Shown in pieces: positions 27,912-38,003 of a stretch of 43,216 nt of DNA; the stretch's first letter is position 1, and each line of letters starts with the position of its first letter. The DNA comes from Actinomycetota bacterium (lineage in GTDB: Bacteria; Actinomycetota; Actinomycetes; JAKEEW01): assembly GCA_046725875.1 (NCBI GenBank), contig JBKOZJ010000085.1, positions 1 to 43,216 on the forward strand, read 5' to 3'. The translations under genes were made by a program, and so were the position numbers. The notes under the pieces were generated by a model. It made no database searches. It was given only the letters and a program-made list of their open reading frames with translations, and was not told the DNA's origin.

Positions 27912-29095
27912 GCGTGTGCTCCCTCGGGGTGCAGGCGAACCAGGGGCTGACCGGGCGAGACCGGGTCACCATCCTCCACGAGCCATTCCACGATCGTGCC
28001 CCCGTGTACGGCCACCAGTGGCGTCTCGTCTCGCCGGGCGACCAGCGAGCCGACCACCGTGCCGGGCTCGAGCAGCTGTCCGACGGGCAGCTCGGCCGCG
28101 ACGCGGACCGTGCCCGAGCCGGGCGCGACGACGAGCCGCCAGGTCGGCGCGGTGTCGAGCGGGCTCGCGACTCCATGCCGTTCCACGAACCCGCGCGCGG
28201 CCTCCAGGTCGTCGGGGGTCCGCAGGGCAAGGGTCTCCACGCCGGGCAGCGCCCGCTTGATCAGACCGGTAAGCGTTCCTGCCGGCGGGACCTCGATGAC
28301 GCCGGTGGTTCCAAGCTCACCCATAGTCTGCATGCACAGATCCCACCGAACCGGCGCGCCCACCTGCGCGACGAGCCGTCCGAGCACCTCACGGCCGTCG
28401 TGTACAACGCTGCCGTCGGCGTTGGAGATCAGCCGCAGCCGCGCATCGTGCGTGGATACGGCGCGAGCGAACCGTTCCAGAGTCCCGACGGCCGGTGCCA
28501 TGTGGTGGGTATGGAAGGCGCCGGCGACGGAGAGCTGACGCACCCGAGCGCCCTCCGGTAGGTCGTCCTGGAGGGCGCTCAACTGCTCGACCGTGCCCGC
28601 GGCGACAACTTGGCCGGAGCCATTCACGTTCGCGGGGGTGAGACCGTACTCGGCGATCTTCTTGAGCACGGCTTCCTCTTCGCCGCCGAGGACGGCGACC
28701 ATGCTCGTCGGTGTGGCGGCAGCGGCGGCCGCCATCGCCTTGCCACGCTCACGGACGAAGACCATGGCCTGCTCGGCGCTGATCACCCCGGCACCGGCGG
28801 CCGCCGCGATCTCGCCCACGCTGTGCCCGGCCGCGGCGCCGACCACGTTGAACGCGTCGGCGGGGTGCGGGAAGAGCGCCAAGGCGCTGACCATGGCCGA
28901 CGCCACCAGCAGCGGCTGGGCGACAGCAGTGTCGCGGATGGTCTCCGCGTCGGCCTTGGTGCCGTAGTGGACAAGGTCGAGGCCGACGCAGGCGGATAGC
29001 CAGTTCAGCCGATCCTCGAAGCCAGGCAGGTCGAGCCATGGGGCGAGGAAGCCCGGCGCCTGCGCGCCTTGACCGGGGGCGACGAGTACGAGCAC
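27908..29095 (-). CDS. fabD: Malonyl-CoA:ACP transacylase with C-terminal biotinyl/lipoyl-like domain
   Basis: PGQGAQ, GHSVGE, AGAFH; extra ~80 aa ending GGTIVEWLVEDGDPVSPGQPLVRL. Confidence 0.93.
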   Translation of the reverse strand: MLVLVAPGQGAQAPGFLAPWLDLPGFEDRLNWLSACVGLDLVHYGTKADAETIRDTAVAQPLLVASAMVSALALFPHPADAFNVVGAAAGHSVGEIAAAAGAGVISAEQAMVFVRERGKAMAAAAAATPTSMVAVLGGEEEAVLKKIAEYGLTPANVNGSGQVVAAGTVEQLSALQDDLPEGARVRQLSVAGAFHTHHMAPAVGTLERFARAVSTHDARLRLISNADGSVVHDGREVLGRLVAQVGAPVRWDLCMQTMGELGTTGVIEVPPAGTLTGLIKRALPGVETLALRTPDDLEAARGFVERHGVASPLDTAPTWRLVVAPGSGTVRVAAELPVGQLLEPGTVVGSLVARRDETPLVAVHGGTIVEWLVEDGDPVSPGQPLVRLHPEGAHA

Positions 29096-29162
29096 GTACT
29101 GAGCTTCCCCCGTCCGGTGGGTGATCCGCGGTGCCGAGCCGGACGAACCGAGCTTGGGCGTC

Positions 29163-29181
29163 TTTGTAGAGGTCCTACAAA
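29163..29181. promoter_or_regulatory. FasR/MabR-type operator palindrome upstream of fabD
   Basis: TTTGTAG-aggtc-CTACAAA, equal to TTTGT-N9-ACAAA, overlapping the fasR stop. Confidence 0.7.
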
Positions 29182-30404
29182 GGCTCCCCCGCGTCCGCCA
29201 GTCTTCCCAGGGCCAGGGCGGTTTGCAGGACGAAGGCGGAGCGCGCGTCGGTAGGTACCAGCCCTGTGAGATCGGTCACCCGGCGGAGGCGGTACCGCAC
29301 AGTATTCGGATGTACGAAGAGCATCCGCGCTGCTGCCTCGAGCGAAGCGGCCGGTTGCAGGTAGGTCCCCAACGTCACCAACAGCGCCGACCCGGTATCG
29401 AGCAGTGGCCGATAGATGTCATCTACGAGCTGCCGCTTCGCGGCCGCGTCACCGAGCAGGACCCGCTCGGGTAGCAGGTCGGAGGCGAGCACCGGACGGG
29501 GCGCGTCCGGCCACGCCGGCGCGGCCCGCAGCCCCGCGATCGCCTCGTCGGCCGACCTGGTGCCGGAACGCAAGTCGGCGACGGTCGGCCCGACGACGAC
29601 CGGCCCCGGACCGAACTGGGGAAGCAGCGCCTTCGCCGCCACAACGGGGTCGGCGACGCCGCCGAGGATGGCGACCAGCCGTTCTCCGTGCACGCTGGTC
29701 AGCACCTCGTGCCCGACATGCCTGCCGGCGCGCCGGAGGTTGTCGACCACTGCCTCCGCGTCGGCATTCGGCACGTTGCCGACTACCGCGACGACGTCGG
29801 TCGGCGATCCCCAGCCGAGCGCAGCCGCCCGGGAGACCACCGCCTCGTCCACTTCGCCCCGCACAAGTGCATCGACAACAAGGGCCTCCAGGCGGGCGTC
29901 CCAGGCTCCGCGAGCCTCCGCGGCGCGCGCGTAGACCTCCGCTGCCGCGAACGCGATCTCCCGCGAGTAGCGCAGCACCGCTTCGCGCAGCAGCGGCACG
30001 TCGACCGGCTCGGCCAGTTCGTCGATGTGCTCCTCGACGATCTCGATGCTCACCCGCACCATCTCGACGGTCTGGAAGAGCGAGATCGCGCGGGCCAGTT
30101 CGCGCGGCGCCGTGCCGAAGACGTCCGCGGTGATCTTCGGCGTCTCCAAGCGCTCGTCGCTGGCGTGCCGGAACCATTCGACGAAGGCGGCAATCCCGGC
30201 CTGGGTTACCAGGCCGACCCAAGAACGATGCTCCGCACCGATCCGTCGGTACCAGGGAAGCTTCTCGTCCATCCGGGCGATCGCTGCGGCGGCCAGCATG
30301 CCGGTCGCCCGTTCGAGCCGCCGCACCGTGCCGGCGCGCACTGTGGGACGAGCCGGCGTGCGACGGGTTGGCGCGTTGCCGGGCCGAACCGGGGTGGACG
30401 CCAT
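29175..30404 (-). CDS. fasR: PucR-family fatty acid synthesis regulator (FasR/MabR)
   Basis: RSWVGLV.QAGI, VLRYSREIAF, RGAWDARLEAL, HTH LFVHPNTVRYRL; directly upstream of fabD; start approximate. Confidence 0.9.
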   Translation of the reverse strand: MASTPVRPGNAPTRRTPARPTVRAGTVRRLERATGMLAAAAIARMDEKLPWYRRIGAEHRSWVGLVTQAGIAAFVEWFRHASDERLETPKITADVFGTAPRELARAISLFQTVEMVRVSIEIVEEHIDELAEPVDVPLLREAVLRYSREIAFAAAEVYARAAEARGAWDARLEALVVDALVRGEVDEAVVSRAAALGWGSPTDVVAVVGNVPNADAEAVVDNLRRAGRHVGHEVLTSVHGERLVAILGGVADPVVAAKALLPQFGPGPVVVGPTVADLRSGTRSADEAIAGLRAAPAWPDAPRPVLASDLLPERVLLGDAAAKRQLVDDIYRPLLDTGSALLVTLGTYLQPAASLEAAARMLFVHPNTVRYRLRRVTDLTGLVPTDARSAFVLQTALALGRLADAGEPL

Positions 30405-30570
30405 GCCGGACAGTCTCTCAGCCCGGCCCGCCGCGCTGGTCCTGCTGGGCGTGCAGATCGGCGTCCTGGTAGCACGGACCCGCTCCAAACCGGCTGAGTA
30501 GAACCGCATTCGCAACCGACCTTTGGAGCGCGCACCTCCTACCGCCGGGGATGCGGTAGGAAGTGGGGTT

Positions 30571-31617
30571 GTGGATCCGGTGGACGCGCTGCGGCGGATC
30601 GCGTTCCTGCTCGAGCGGGCGCGGGAGCCTACCTACCGGGTACGCGCGTTCCGTACTGCGGCCGCAGCCGTCGCCGCGCTACCGGTCGGCGAGCTCGACC
30701 GGCGGGCCGCCGACGGAACGCTGACCGAGCTGCCGGGCATCGGCAGGGTAACCGCCACCGTTATCAGCGAGGCGCTCGGCGGCGAGGTGCCGGTCTATCT
30801 GCGCCGGCTCGAGGCGACCGGCGGACGACCGGTGGCCGAAGGCGGCGCCGAGATCCGCGCAGCCATCCGGGGCGATTTGCACACGCATTCGGACTGGTCG
30901 GACGGTGGTAGCCCGATCCAGGAGATGGCCGCGACCGCGAAGGAGCTCGGCCACGAGTACGTCGCGCTTACCGACCACTCGCCCCGCCTCACGGTTGCCA
31001 ACGGCCTGTCCGCGGAGCGGCTGCGCGAACAGCTGGATGTTGTACGAGAGCTGAACGAGGGAATCGCGCCGCTGCGGATGCTGACCGGCATCGAGGTCGA
31101 CATCAACGAGGACGGCTCGCTCGACCAGACCCCAGGACTGCTCGGCGAGCTCGACCTTGTCGTCGCGAGCGTCCACTCAAAACTGCGCTCACCGCGGGAC
31201 GAGATGACCCGGCGCATGGTGGCGGCCATTATGAACCCCTATGTGGACATACTCGGCCATTGCACCGGGCGGCTCATCACCGGCGGCCGCGGGACCAGGC
31301 CCGAGTCGCAGTTCGACCCGAAGATCGTATTCGCCGCCTGCGAGCATCTCGGCGTGGCGGTCGAGATCAACTCCCGGCCGGAGCGTCTGGACCCGCCGAA
31401 GCGGTTGCTGCGCCTGGCCGTCGAGGCCGGCTGCCTGTTCGCCATCAATACTGACGCCCATGCGCCCGGCCAGCTCGACTGGCAGATCAACGGGTGCGAG
31501 CGGGCCGCGGCCTGCGGAGTACCGATCGACCGGATCGTCAACACCTGGATGCTAGACCAGCTCCTCGCGTGGACCCGCCGCGACCGTGGCGGGATGAACG
31601 GCACTTTCACTCGATAG
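30571..31617 (+). CDS. PHP domain protein with PolX-like N-terminal HhH region
   Basis: YRVRAFR, LPGIG; HTHSDWSDG, TDHS, SVHS, GHCTGR, NTDAH. Confidence 0.9.
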   Translation: MDPVDALRRIAFLLERAREPTYRVRAFRTAAAAVAALPVGELDRRAADGTLTELPGIGRVTATVISEALGGEVPVYLRRLEATGGRPVAEGGAEIRAAIRGDLHTHSDWSDGGSPIQEMAATAKELGHEYVALTDHSPRLTVANGLSAERLREQLDVVRELNEGIAPLRMLTGIEVDINEDGSLDQTPGLLGELDLVVASVHSKLRSPRDEMTRRMVAAIMNPYVDILGHCTGRLITGGRGTRPESQFDPKIVFAACEHLGVAVEINSRPERLDPPKRLLRLAVEAGCLFAINTDAHAPGQLDWQINGCERAAACGVPIDRIVNTWMLDQLLAWTRRDRGGMNGTFTR

Positions 31618-31643
31618 GTTCGACTGAAGGTGCCGTTCATCCC
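31591..31643. repeat. REP-like inverted repeat / hairpin
   Basis: GGGATGAACGGCAC ... GTGCCGTTCATCCC perfect 14-bp arms, extendable with G-U; related half-copy GTCAACGGCGCGTTCATGC follows. Confidence 0.7.
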
Positions 31644-31689
31644 TCCTGGTTTCGCGTCAACGGCGCGTTCATGCGAACGGCTAGCGGGT

Positions 31690-32310
31690 CGGCCCTTAAC
31701 CGGCTCGGGTTCCTCCGCGGGCACCCGGGTGGATTCGTCGGCGTGACCGGGCCACCAGGATTTGCGTTCAATCTGCGCGGTCAGGCTCGGCACCAGGAAA
31801 ATCGACATCACGAACGCCGCGAGCACGATGCCCAGTGAGACTGCGAAGCCCGTCTGGGTGAGCTGCGCCAGACCGGCGAGCAATCAACGAGGCGAACGTG
31901 CCGGCGAGGATGAGGCCGGCGGCGGCCACCGATGGTCCGGCGTGCTCGACCGAAAGGTCGGCAGCGGTCCGCGGGTTGTGGCCCTCCTTCGCCTTCTCGC
32001 GCAACCTCGCGATCATCTGGATGTTGTAGTCCGTGCCGATCGCGACTACGAACAGGTAAATGATGATCGGCAGTAAGAAGATCATCCCGGCTCCATTACC
32101 GGCGCCGAGGAAACGATGACCGCTCCGCCGATCGCCGCCGCGAAGCCGAGCAGGACGGCAAGCATCAGGTAGATCGGCGCGACCACGCTGCGCAGCTGCT
32201 TCGACGTGCACCTGGGTGGGATTCAGCGCACCAGCGAGGAAGCCCGTCTGCAGGTCCTTGAACGCTTGCGCCGACTCCGTGTCTTGGGGGAGCTGGCTGA
32301 AAGAGTCCCT
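31690..32310 (-). pseudogene. MMPL/RND family transporter remnant (C-terminal half, deletions and frameshifts)
   Basis: LPQDTES...GF.AGALNP, SVVAPIYL, LFVVAIGTDYNI..IARLRE, AAAGLILAGTFASL, WWPG in different frames. Confidence 0.8.
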
Positions 32311-32337
32311 TCTCCGCATCGATCGTCGGCGAGCGCC

Positions 32338-32781
32338 CTACTTGAAGAAACCCTCTCGCAGGTTGAAGCCGTGCTCGAGGTAGACCTTCAAGCACGCGAT
32401 CATCTGCATCCAGCCCTCGCAGTTCCCGTAGGAACGCTGTAGGTTCTCCTGAGTCTCGGGCCAGGTGCCCTCGCTGATCCGGACCATGGTCGATCCGGCG
32501 TCGAGGGCCTCGAACTCGATCCGGACCTCGGTTAGCTCCTCGTTTGCGCCCGAGTTCCACTCAAAGACGATGAGACGGTCGGGTTCGACCTTCCGTACGT
32601 ACACGGGGAAGGTACCCGGGAAGTCGGCGAAGTCCCACGTGACGGCCTTGCCCTCATCGAGTGGTCCGCTGGCGCCGCCAGTGGTGAAGTAGCCGCTCAG
32701 CTTCTCGGGGTTGTACACCGCGTCGAACACCTCGTCGACGGGCTTGGCGACCCTGCCGTGTACCTGGAACTTCAGGTCCAT
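32338..32781 (-). CDS. SRPBCC/AHSA1-like protein
   Basis: PVDEVFDAV..P, RLIVFEW, GWMQM..CLK.YLE. Confidence 0.88.
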   Translation of the reverse strand: MDLKFQVHGRVAKPVDEVFDAVYNPEKLSGYFTTGGASGPLDEGKAVTWDFADFPGTFPVYVRKVEPDRLIVFEWNSGANEELTEVRIEFEALDAGSTMVRISEGTWPETQENLQRSYGNCEGWMQMIACLKVYLEHGFNLREGFFK

Positions 32782-32818
32782 GGCTCTCCTCCTTCTTCAC
32801 GTCCTCGGCTTCGCGGTA

Positions 32819-32838
32819 ATGTTGTATCTTTATAACAT
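32819..32838. promoter_or_regulatory. AT-rich palindrome overlapping the ArsR start (candidate autoregulatory operator)
   Basis: ATGTTGTA-tctt-TATAACAT. Confidence 0.55.
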
Positions 32839-33175
32839 GTCGTCGGAGGCTGTTCAAGACCGGGTGTTCAAGGCGCTCGGAGACGCTCGGCGGCGCCGAA
32901 TGCTGGACCTGATGCGAGACGCGCCGAGGACGACAGGCGAGCTGTGCGATCACTTTCCCGAGCTTGACCGCTGCACGGTGATGCAGCACCTGTCCGTGCT
33001 CGAGGACGCCGACCTGGTGATCGTCCGTCGCCGCGGTCGTTATCGATGGAACTACCTGAACCCCCTGCCGATCAAGGACATTCACGATCGCTGGATCGGC
33101 CAGTACGCGTCAGGAGCCGTCGACTTCCTGGTGCGACTGAAGCAAGACCTGGAAGATGATCGCCGGGCTGGCTAG
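32837..33175 (+). CDS. ArsR/SmtB family regulator
   Basis: VFKALGD..RRRMLDL, TTGELC, VMQHL.VLE.ADLV, RRGR.RWNYLN. Confidence 0.9.
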   Translation: MSSEAVQDRVFKALGDARRRRMLDLMRDAPRTTGELCDHFPELDRCTVMQHLSVLEDADLVIVRRRGRYRWNYLNPLPIKDIHDRWIGQYASGAVDFLVRLKQDLEDDRRAG

Positions 33176-33291
33176 CCGATGAGGGCCGATGCCGGGGGGC
33201 TTGAGCCCCACTCACGCAGCCGGATCCAGGTCGGATGATGGCAGCGCCGGGCGGTTGATCCACCCTCGCGCCCGCGTACTCGCGGGAGCGT

Positions 33292-33705
33292 TCAGCCGGG
33301 GAGGCTGTCGAGGAACGGGTCGACGGCGGCGTCGTTCTCGGCCATTCCCCAGACTTCGGTTGCCTTCCCGTCCCGAATGTGGAAGACGTTGACGTACTTC
33401 CACTCCGCACGTGATCCGTCCGGTCCGCTAGCGACGGCCGAGCCCAGCGCGACGACATGGTCGTCGTTGGCGAGGACGTCGTGGACCTCCGCCGCTGGCG
33501 GTTCACCCATTGCCTGGGCCTGTCGGTCGAAGAGGTCCAGGACCGCGGCCTTGCCCCGGTAGGTACCGGCCCACTTGCTGTTGCCGCCGACGTGCCAGAC
33601 CACGTCGTCGGCGATGTGCTCATCCATCCAGGAGGTGTCGCCGCGCTGCATGGCAGCGAACCCCTCCCGCACCAAGGTGGCGTTGGGATGGTCATGGTGA
33701 GTCAT
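33292..33705 (-). CDS. SnoaL/NTF2-like protein
   Basis: HPNATLVR.GFAA..RGD, DDVVWHV.G...AGTYRG, VFHIRDGK; GGAGG SD. Confidence 0.85.
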   Translation of the reverse strand: MTHHDHPNATLVREGFAAMQRGDTSWMDEHIADDVVWHVGGNSKWAGTYRGKAAVLDLFDRQAQAMGEPPAAEVHDVLANDDHVVALGSAVASGPDGSRAEWKYVNVFHIRDGKATEVWGMAENDAAVDPFLDSLPG

Positions 33706-33857
33706 GGCGCCTCCCCTCCACAGGCGGCCGGAGAGGCCGCCTCTGCAGGTCAACCTACGCCTGATCGCCGCCGCCGGCGCCACCTCGTCCGGAGGAAATC
33801 GGGCAATCTGATCAATCGCGTTCCGTGTCGGCTCCGCGGTGTCCGCAACCGGCCGCC

Positions 33858-34319
33858 TTAGATCCGCTCGTCGATCGCTTGCAGGATGCGCTCGTAATCC
33901 TGGTCGCTGGTCCACGCACCGTCCGGCGGGTCGGGGCTCCAGGGCAGGTTCTCCCGGAACGCCACGACGTAGCGCCGGACTCCATCCGGTCCTCGGGCTG
34001 GATAGTACGTGCCCATGTCTTGCTCGGCGATCACGTCGAGCGTGGTTTCCGTGTATGTATGGAAGCCGTGCACCGTGTGCGCCGGAATTACCACGACGTC
34101 CCCGGGGCGGCAGGTTCTGCGTTCGCCTCCAACGCGTACCAGGAGCTCGCCTTCCCGGACAACAAGGACTTCGTCGCCGCCATGCAGATGCACATGTCCA
34201 TCGTCATCGGCGGGCAACCGACCGGTGGTGACCAGCAACCGGGTAAGCCCGTTAGCCGGTCCGGCCACAACTTGGAAGCCGGGCTGTGTCGGCTCTCGCC
34301 ATCCCATGAAGAACGTCAT
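33858..34319 (-). CDS. Cupin domain protein
   Basis: HLH..DE....EG and PGDVVVIPAHTVHGF. Confidence 0.8.
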   Translation of the reverse strand: MTFFMGWREPTQPGFQVVAGPANGLTRLLVTTGRLPADDDGHVHLHGGDEVLVVREGELLVRVGGERRTCRPGDVVVIPAHTVHGFHTYTETTLDVIAEQDMGTYYPARGPDGVRRYVVAFRENLPWSPDPPDGAWTSDQDYERILQAIDERI

Positions 34320-34377
34320 CCAAAGATCGTCTCATCAGGTCGGCCCAGACCTCTGACCTACTCCGGGGACCGCTTGC

Positions 34378-37128
34378 TCAGGTCTCGCCGGCCGTCTCGC
34401 CACGCGGGGCCGCGGTCACATCGTGGAGCTGGTATTTGTCGACGGCGTCACGGACGATCTCCGCGCTGACTTCGCCGCCTGTCGCGAGCGACTCCAAGAC
34501 CGCGACCGTGATCGATTGGGCGTCGACGTGAAAGTGCCGCCGCAGGGCACCCCGAGTGTCCGACTTCCCGAACCCGTCGGTGCCCAGCGACGAATAGTCG
34601 CCCGGCATCCATGGTGCGATCTGGTCCGGTACCGCGCGCATGAAGTCGCTGACGCCGACCACCGGACCGGTGGTCCCCGACAGCGCCTGGGTGACATAAG
34701 GCACCCGCCGCTGCCGGTCCGGGTTCAGCAGATTCCACTCGTCGCAGTCCAGTGCCTCGCGACGTAGCTCTGTCCACGAGGTGGCCGACCAGACATCCGC
34801 GGCGACGCCCCAGTCGGCGGCGAGCAACTCCTGCGCCGCGAGGGCCCATTGCATGGCCGGGCCGGACGCCAGAATATGCGCCTTCGGACCATCATCTGTA
34901 CCGGCCGCGGGCTGATACCGGTAGAGCCCTCGCAGCAGGCCGTCAACGTCGAGCCCCTCAGGTTCGGCGGGCTGAATATACGGCTCGTTGTAGACGGTGA
35001 GGTAGTAGAAGATGTCTTCCCCGTGCGGGTGCTCCGACGTCGATCCGTACATCCGCCGCAAGGCGTCCTGCACGATGTACGAAATCTCGTACGCCCACGC
35101 CGGGTCGTAGGAAACGCACGCGGGGTTCGTGGACGCAAGCAGGATCGAATGGCCGTCCTCGTGCTGCAGACCCTCGCCGTTCAACGTGGTTCGTCCGGCC
35201 GTCGCACCGAGCAGGAAACCGCGGCCGAGTTGGTCCGCGAACGCCCACATCGAGTCACCGGTCCGCTGGAAGCCGAACATCGAGTAGAAGATGTAGACCG
35301 GGATCATCGGCTCGCCATGCGTCGCGTAGGACGTGCCCGCCGCGATGGCCGAACCCATCGCACCGGCCTCGCTGATGCCCTCGTGCAACAGCTGGCCCGT
35401 CTCGGATTCTTTATACGAGAGCAGCAGGTCACGGTCGACCGCGTCATAGCGCTGCCCCTGCGGCGAGTAGATCTTGGCCGTCGGGAAGAGCGAGTCCATG
35501 CCGAAAGTCCGCGCCTCGTCCGGAATGATCGGCACGAATCTCTTGCCGATCTCTGCATCGCGGACGAGATCCTTCAGCAGTCGGACGAAGGCCATCGTCG
35601 TCGCGACCTTCTGCTTGCCGGACCCGGTCTTCAGCTCGGAGTAAACCGGGTCACCGGGGAGCTTGACCGGCTGCGGCCGGACCCGTCGCTCGGGCAGGAA
35701 GCCGCCAAGCTGACGGCGCCGCTGCAGCATGTACTGGATCTCGTCCGACTCCGGACCTGGTTGGTAGTAAGGCGGCAGCTCGGCCTCGAGCTCCCGGTCC
35801 GAGATCGGGAGATAGAGCCGGTCGCGGAACTCCTTGAGGTCAGTTTTGGTCAGCTTCTTCATCTGGTGCGTCGCATTGCGCGCCTCGAAGCTCCGCAGCG
35901 TCCAGCCCTTGATGGTCTTGGCAAGGATGACGGTCGGCTGGCCAACATGCTCGGTCGCGGCTTTGAACGCCGCATACACCTTGTGGTAGTCGTGACCGCC
36001 CCGGGACAGCCGCTTTAGGTCGTCGTCCCCGAGGGACTCGACCATCTTGCGCAGCCTTGGGTCATCGCCGAAGAAGTGCTCGCGGATGTAGGACCCGGAC
36101 TCCACCGAGTAGGTCTGGAACTGGCCGTCCGGCGTTGTGTTCATCTTGTTGACGAGCACCCCGTCGACGTCCTTGGCGAGGAGCGGATCCCAGTCTCGGC
36201 CCCAGATCACCTTGATGACGTTCCAGCCGGCGCCGCGGAAGAACGATTCCAGCTCTTGGATGATCTTGCCGTTGCCGCGGACCGGGCCGTCGAGCCGTTG
36301 CAGATTGCAGTTGATAACGAAGGTGAGGTTGTCCAACTCCTCCCGGGCAGCCACGCCGATCGCGCCCAGCGACTCCGGCTCGTCCATCTCGCCGTCGCCC
36401 AGGAAGGCCCAGACCCGCTGCTCCGAGGTGTCCTTGATCCCGCGGTTGCGCAGGTAGCGGTTGAACCGCGCCTGGTAGATCGCGTTGAGCGGGGTCAGGC
36501 CCATCGAGACAGTCGGGAACTCCCAGAAGTCGGACATCAGACGCGGATGTGGATAGCTCGGCAGCCCGCCTCCTGGGTGCGATAGTTCCTGTCGGAAGCC
36601 GTCCAGCTGGTCGGCGCTCAACCTGCCCTCGAGGAAGGCGCGCGCGTAGATGCCGGGCGAGCCATGTCCTTGAATGAAGATCTGGTCCCCGCCGCCTGGG
36701 TAGTCTTTGCCCCGGAAGAAGTGGTTGAAGCCCACTTCGTACAGGCTCGCCGCCGATGCATAGGTCGCGATGTGCCCGCCGACCGCCAGCTCGGGTCGGT
36801 TCGCGCGGGACACCATGATCGCCGCGTTCCATCGAATGTAGGCGCGGATGCGGCGCTCGACATACTCGTCGCCGGGGAACCAGGGCTCCCGCTCGGGCGG
36901 GATCGTGTTGATGTAGTCGGTGCTTCGCAGGCTGGGGACGCCGACCTGGCGCTCCCTCGCTCGCTCGAGCAGCCGCAGCAGAAGGTAGCGGGCGCGCTGC
37001 CGCCCGCCCGACTCGATCACTGCATCCAGCGACTCGAGCCACTCCGAGGTCTCGGCCTGGTCGATGTCGGGGAGCTGACTTGGCAGCCCGTCGCTGATGA
37101 TCGAGAAGCGGTCTCGTCCAGAAGCCAC
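34378..37128 (-). CDS. aceE: Pyruvate dehydrogenase E1, homodimeric type
   Basis: [20 protein letters not shown] motif GDGEMDE...[24 protein letters not shown]. Confidence 0.98.
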   Translation of the reverse strand: MASGRDRFSIISDGLPSQLPDIDQAETSEWLESLDAVIESGGRQRARYLLLRLLERARERQVGVPSLRSTDYINTIPPEREPWFPGDEYVERRIRAYIRWNAAIMVSRANRPELAVGGHIATYASAASLYEVGFNHFFRGKDYPGGGDQIFIQGHGSPGIYARAFLEGRLSADQLDGFRQELSHPGGGLPSYPHPRLMSDFWEFPTVSMGLTPLNAIYQARFNRYLRNRGIKDTSEQRVWAFLGDGEMDEPESLGAIGVAAREELDNLTFVINCNLQRLDGPVRGNGKIIQELESFFRGAGWNVIKVIWGRDWDPLLAKDVDGVLVNKMNTTPDGQFQTYSVESGSYIREHFFGDDPRLRKMVESLGDDDLKRLSRGGHDYHKVYAAFKAATEHVGQPTVILAKTIKGWTLRSFEARNATHQMKKLTKTDLKEFRDRLYLPISDRELEAELPPYYQPGPESDEIQYMLQRRRQLGGFLPERRVRPQPVKLPGDPVYSELKTGSGKQKVATTMAFVRLLKDLVRDAEIGKRFVPIIPDEARTFGMDSLFPTAKIYSPQGQRYDAVDRDLLLSYKESETGQLLHEGISEAGAMGSAIAAGTSYATHGEPMIPVYIFYSMFGFQRTGDSMWAFADQLGRGFLLGATAGRTTLNGEGLQHEDGHSILLASTNPACVSYDPAWAYEISYIVQDALRRMYGSTSEHPHGEDIFYYLTVYNEPYIQPAEPEGLDVDGLLRGLYRYQPAAGTDDGPKAHILASGPAMQWALAAQELLAADWGVAADVWSATSWTELRREALDCDEWNLLNPDRQRRVPYVTQALSGTTGPVVGVSDFMRAVPDQIAPWMPGDYSSLGTDGFGKSDTRGALRRHFHVDAQSITVAVLESLATGGEVSAEIVRDAVDKYQLHDVTAAPRGETAGET

Positions 37129-37353
37129 GTGCGATCCTCTTGTTCGCGTCAGTGGTGCCCTCTTCGGTATCCGGCACGCCTATAGTCCGTTCCCGTACAT
37201 CGTCCCCCGCGGAGGCCATCTGCGTCACATCTGCCCAGACCTGGACGACCCAGACCCGGCTCACATCGGATCTTGCTAGGGACCACAAGGTTGGGGTATT
37301 CACGATTTGCGGATGTGCTGCCAATGTGGGAGAGCGCAGGAAGGGAGGTCACG

Positions 37354-37557
37354 ATGCAGGCAGCAGTTGGCGATCGTCTGCACGTACACGGCAATAAGGT
37401 GGGTGAGAGCGACCGGCTTGGGGAGATCGTCGAGGTACGCGGCCAGAATGGCGGCCCGCCCTACCTCGTCAAGTTTGACGATGGGCACGAGGGCCTGGTC
37501 TTTCCAGGCCCGGACACGATCGTGGAGCCGAAGAGCTCGGCGCAGGCGAGCAGCTAG
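37354..37557 (+). CDS. DUF1918 domain protein
   Basis: MQAAVGDRL...GEIVEVRG..GGPPYLV.F.DGHE.LVFPGPD; GGGAGG SD. Confidence 0.88.
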   Translation: MQAAVGDRLHVHGNKVGESDRLGEIVEVRGQNGGPPYLVKFDDGHEGLVFPGPDTIVEPKSSAQASS

Positions 37558-37589
37558 ACGTTCTTGCCGCCGGGCCGGATCCTGACCAC

Positions 37590-38003
37590 ATGGAGAGTCG
37601 CGTCGTTCGGGTGCGCACCGGGCGCAGTGAGGCGACGTACGACCTGACAGGTGAGTGCGAGGGATTCGTTCGCGATGTGGCCGGCGGTGGCGACGGGCTC
37701 CTGCACATGTGGGTGCCGCACGCCACCGCCGGCCTGGCGATCATCGAGACCGGGGCGGGCAGCGACGGTGACCTGCTCGCGGCGCTGCGTGATCTACTGC
37801 CACCCGACGCTCGCTGGCGGCATCGCCATGGTTCGCCGGGGCACGGTCGCGATCACCTAGTGCCGGCCTTGATCCCGCCGTATGCCACGATCCCCGTCAT
37901 CGGTGGCCGGATGGCGCTGGGAACCTGGCAGTCGATCCTTCTGGTCGACACGAACGCCGATAACCAAGACCGGCAGGTCCGGCTCAGCTTCCTTCCCGGT
38001 TGA
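37590..38003 (+). CDS. yjbQ: YjbQ/UPF0047 family protein
   Basis: PHATAG..IIE, H.HG..GHG.DH, LGTWQS. Confidence 0.88.
   Translation: MESRVVRVRTGRSEATYDLTGECEGFVRDVAGGGDGLLHMWVPHATAGLAIIETGAGSDGDLLAALRDLLPPDARWRHRHGSPGHGRDHLVPALIPPYATIPVIGGRMALGTWQSILLVDTNADNQDRQVRLSFLPG

Noticed and set aside
23708..30404. Type II PKS or secondary metabolite cluster
   Set aside because: Gene set, order, FasR and aceE/DUF3145 context match primary FAS-II; no chain-length factor or cyclases
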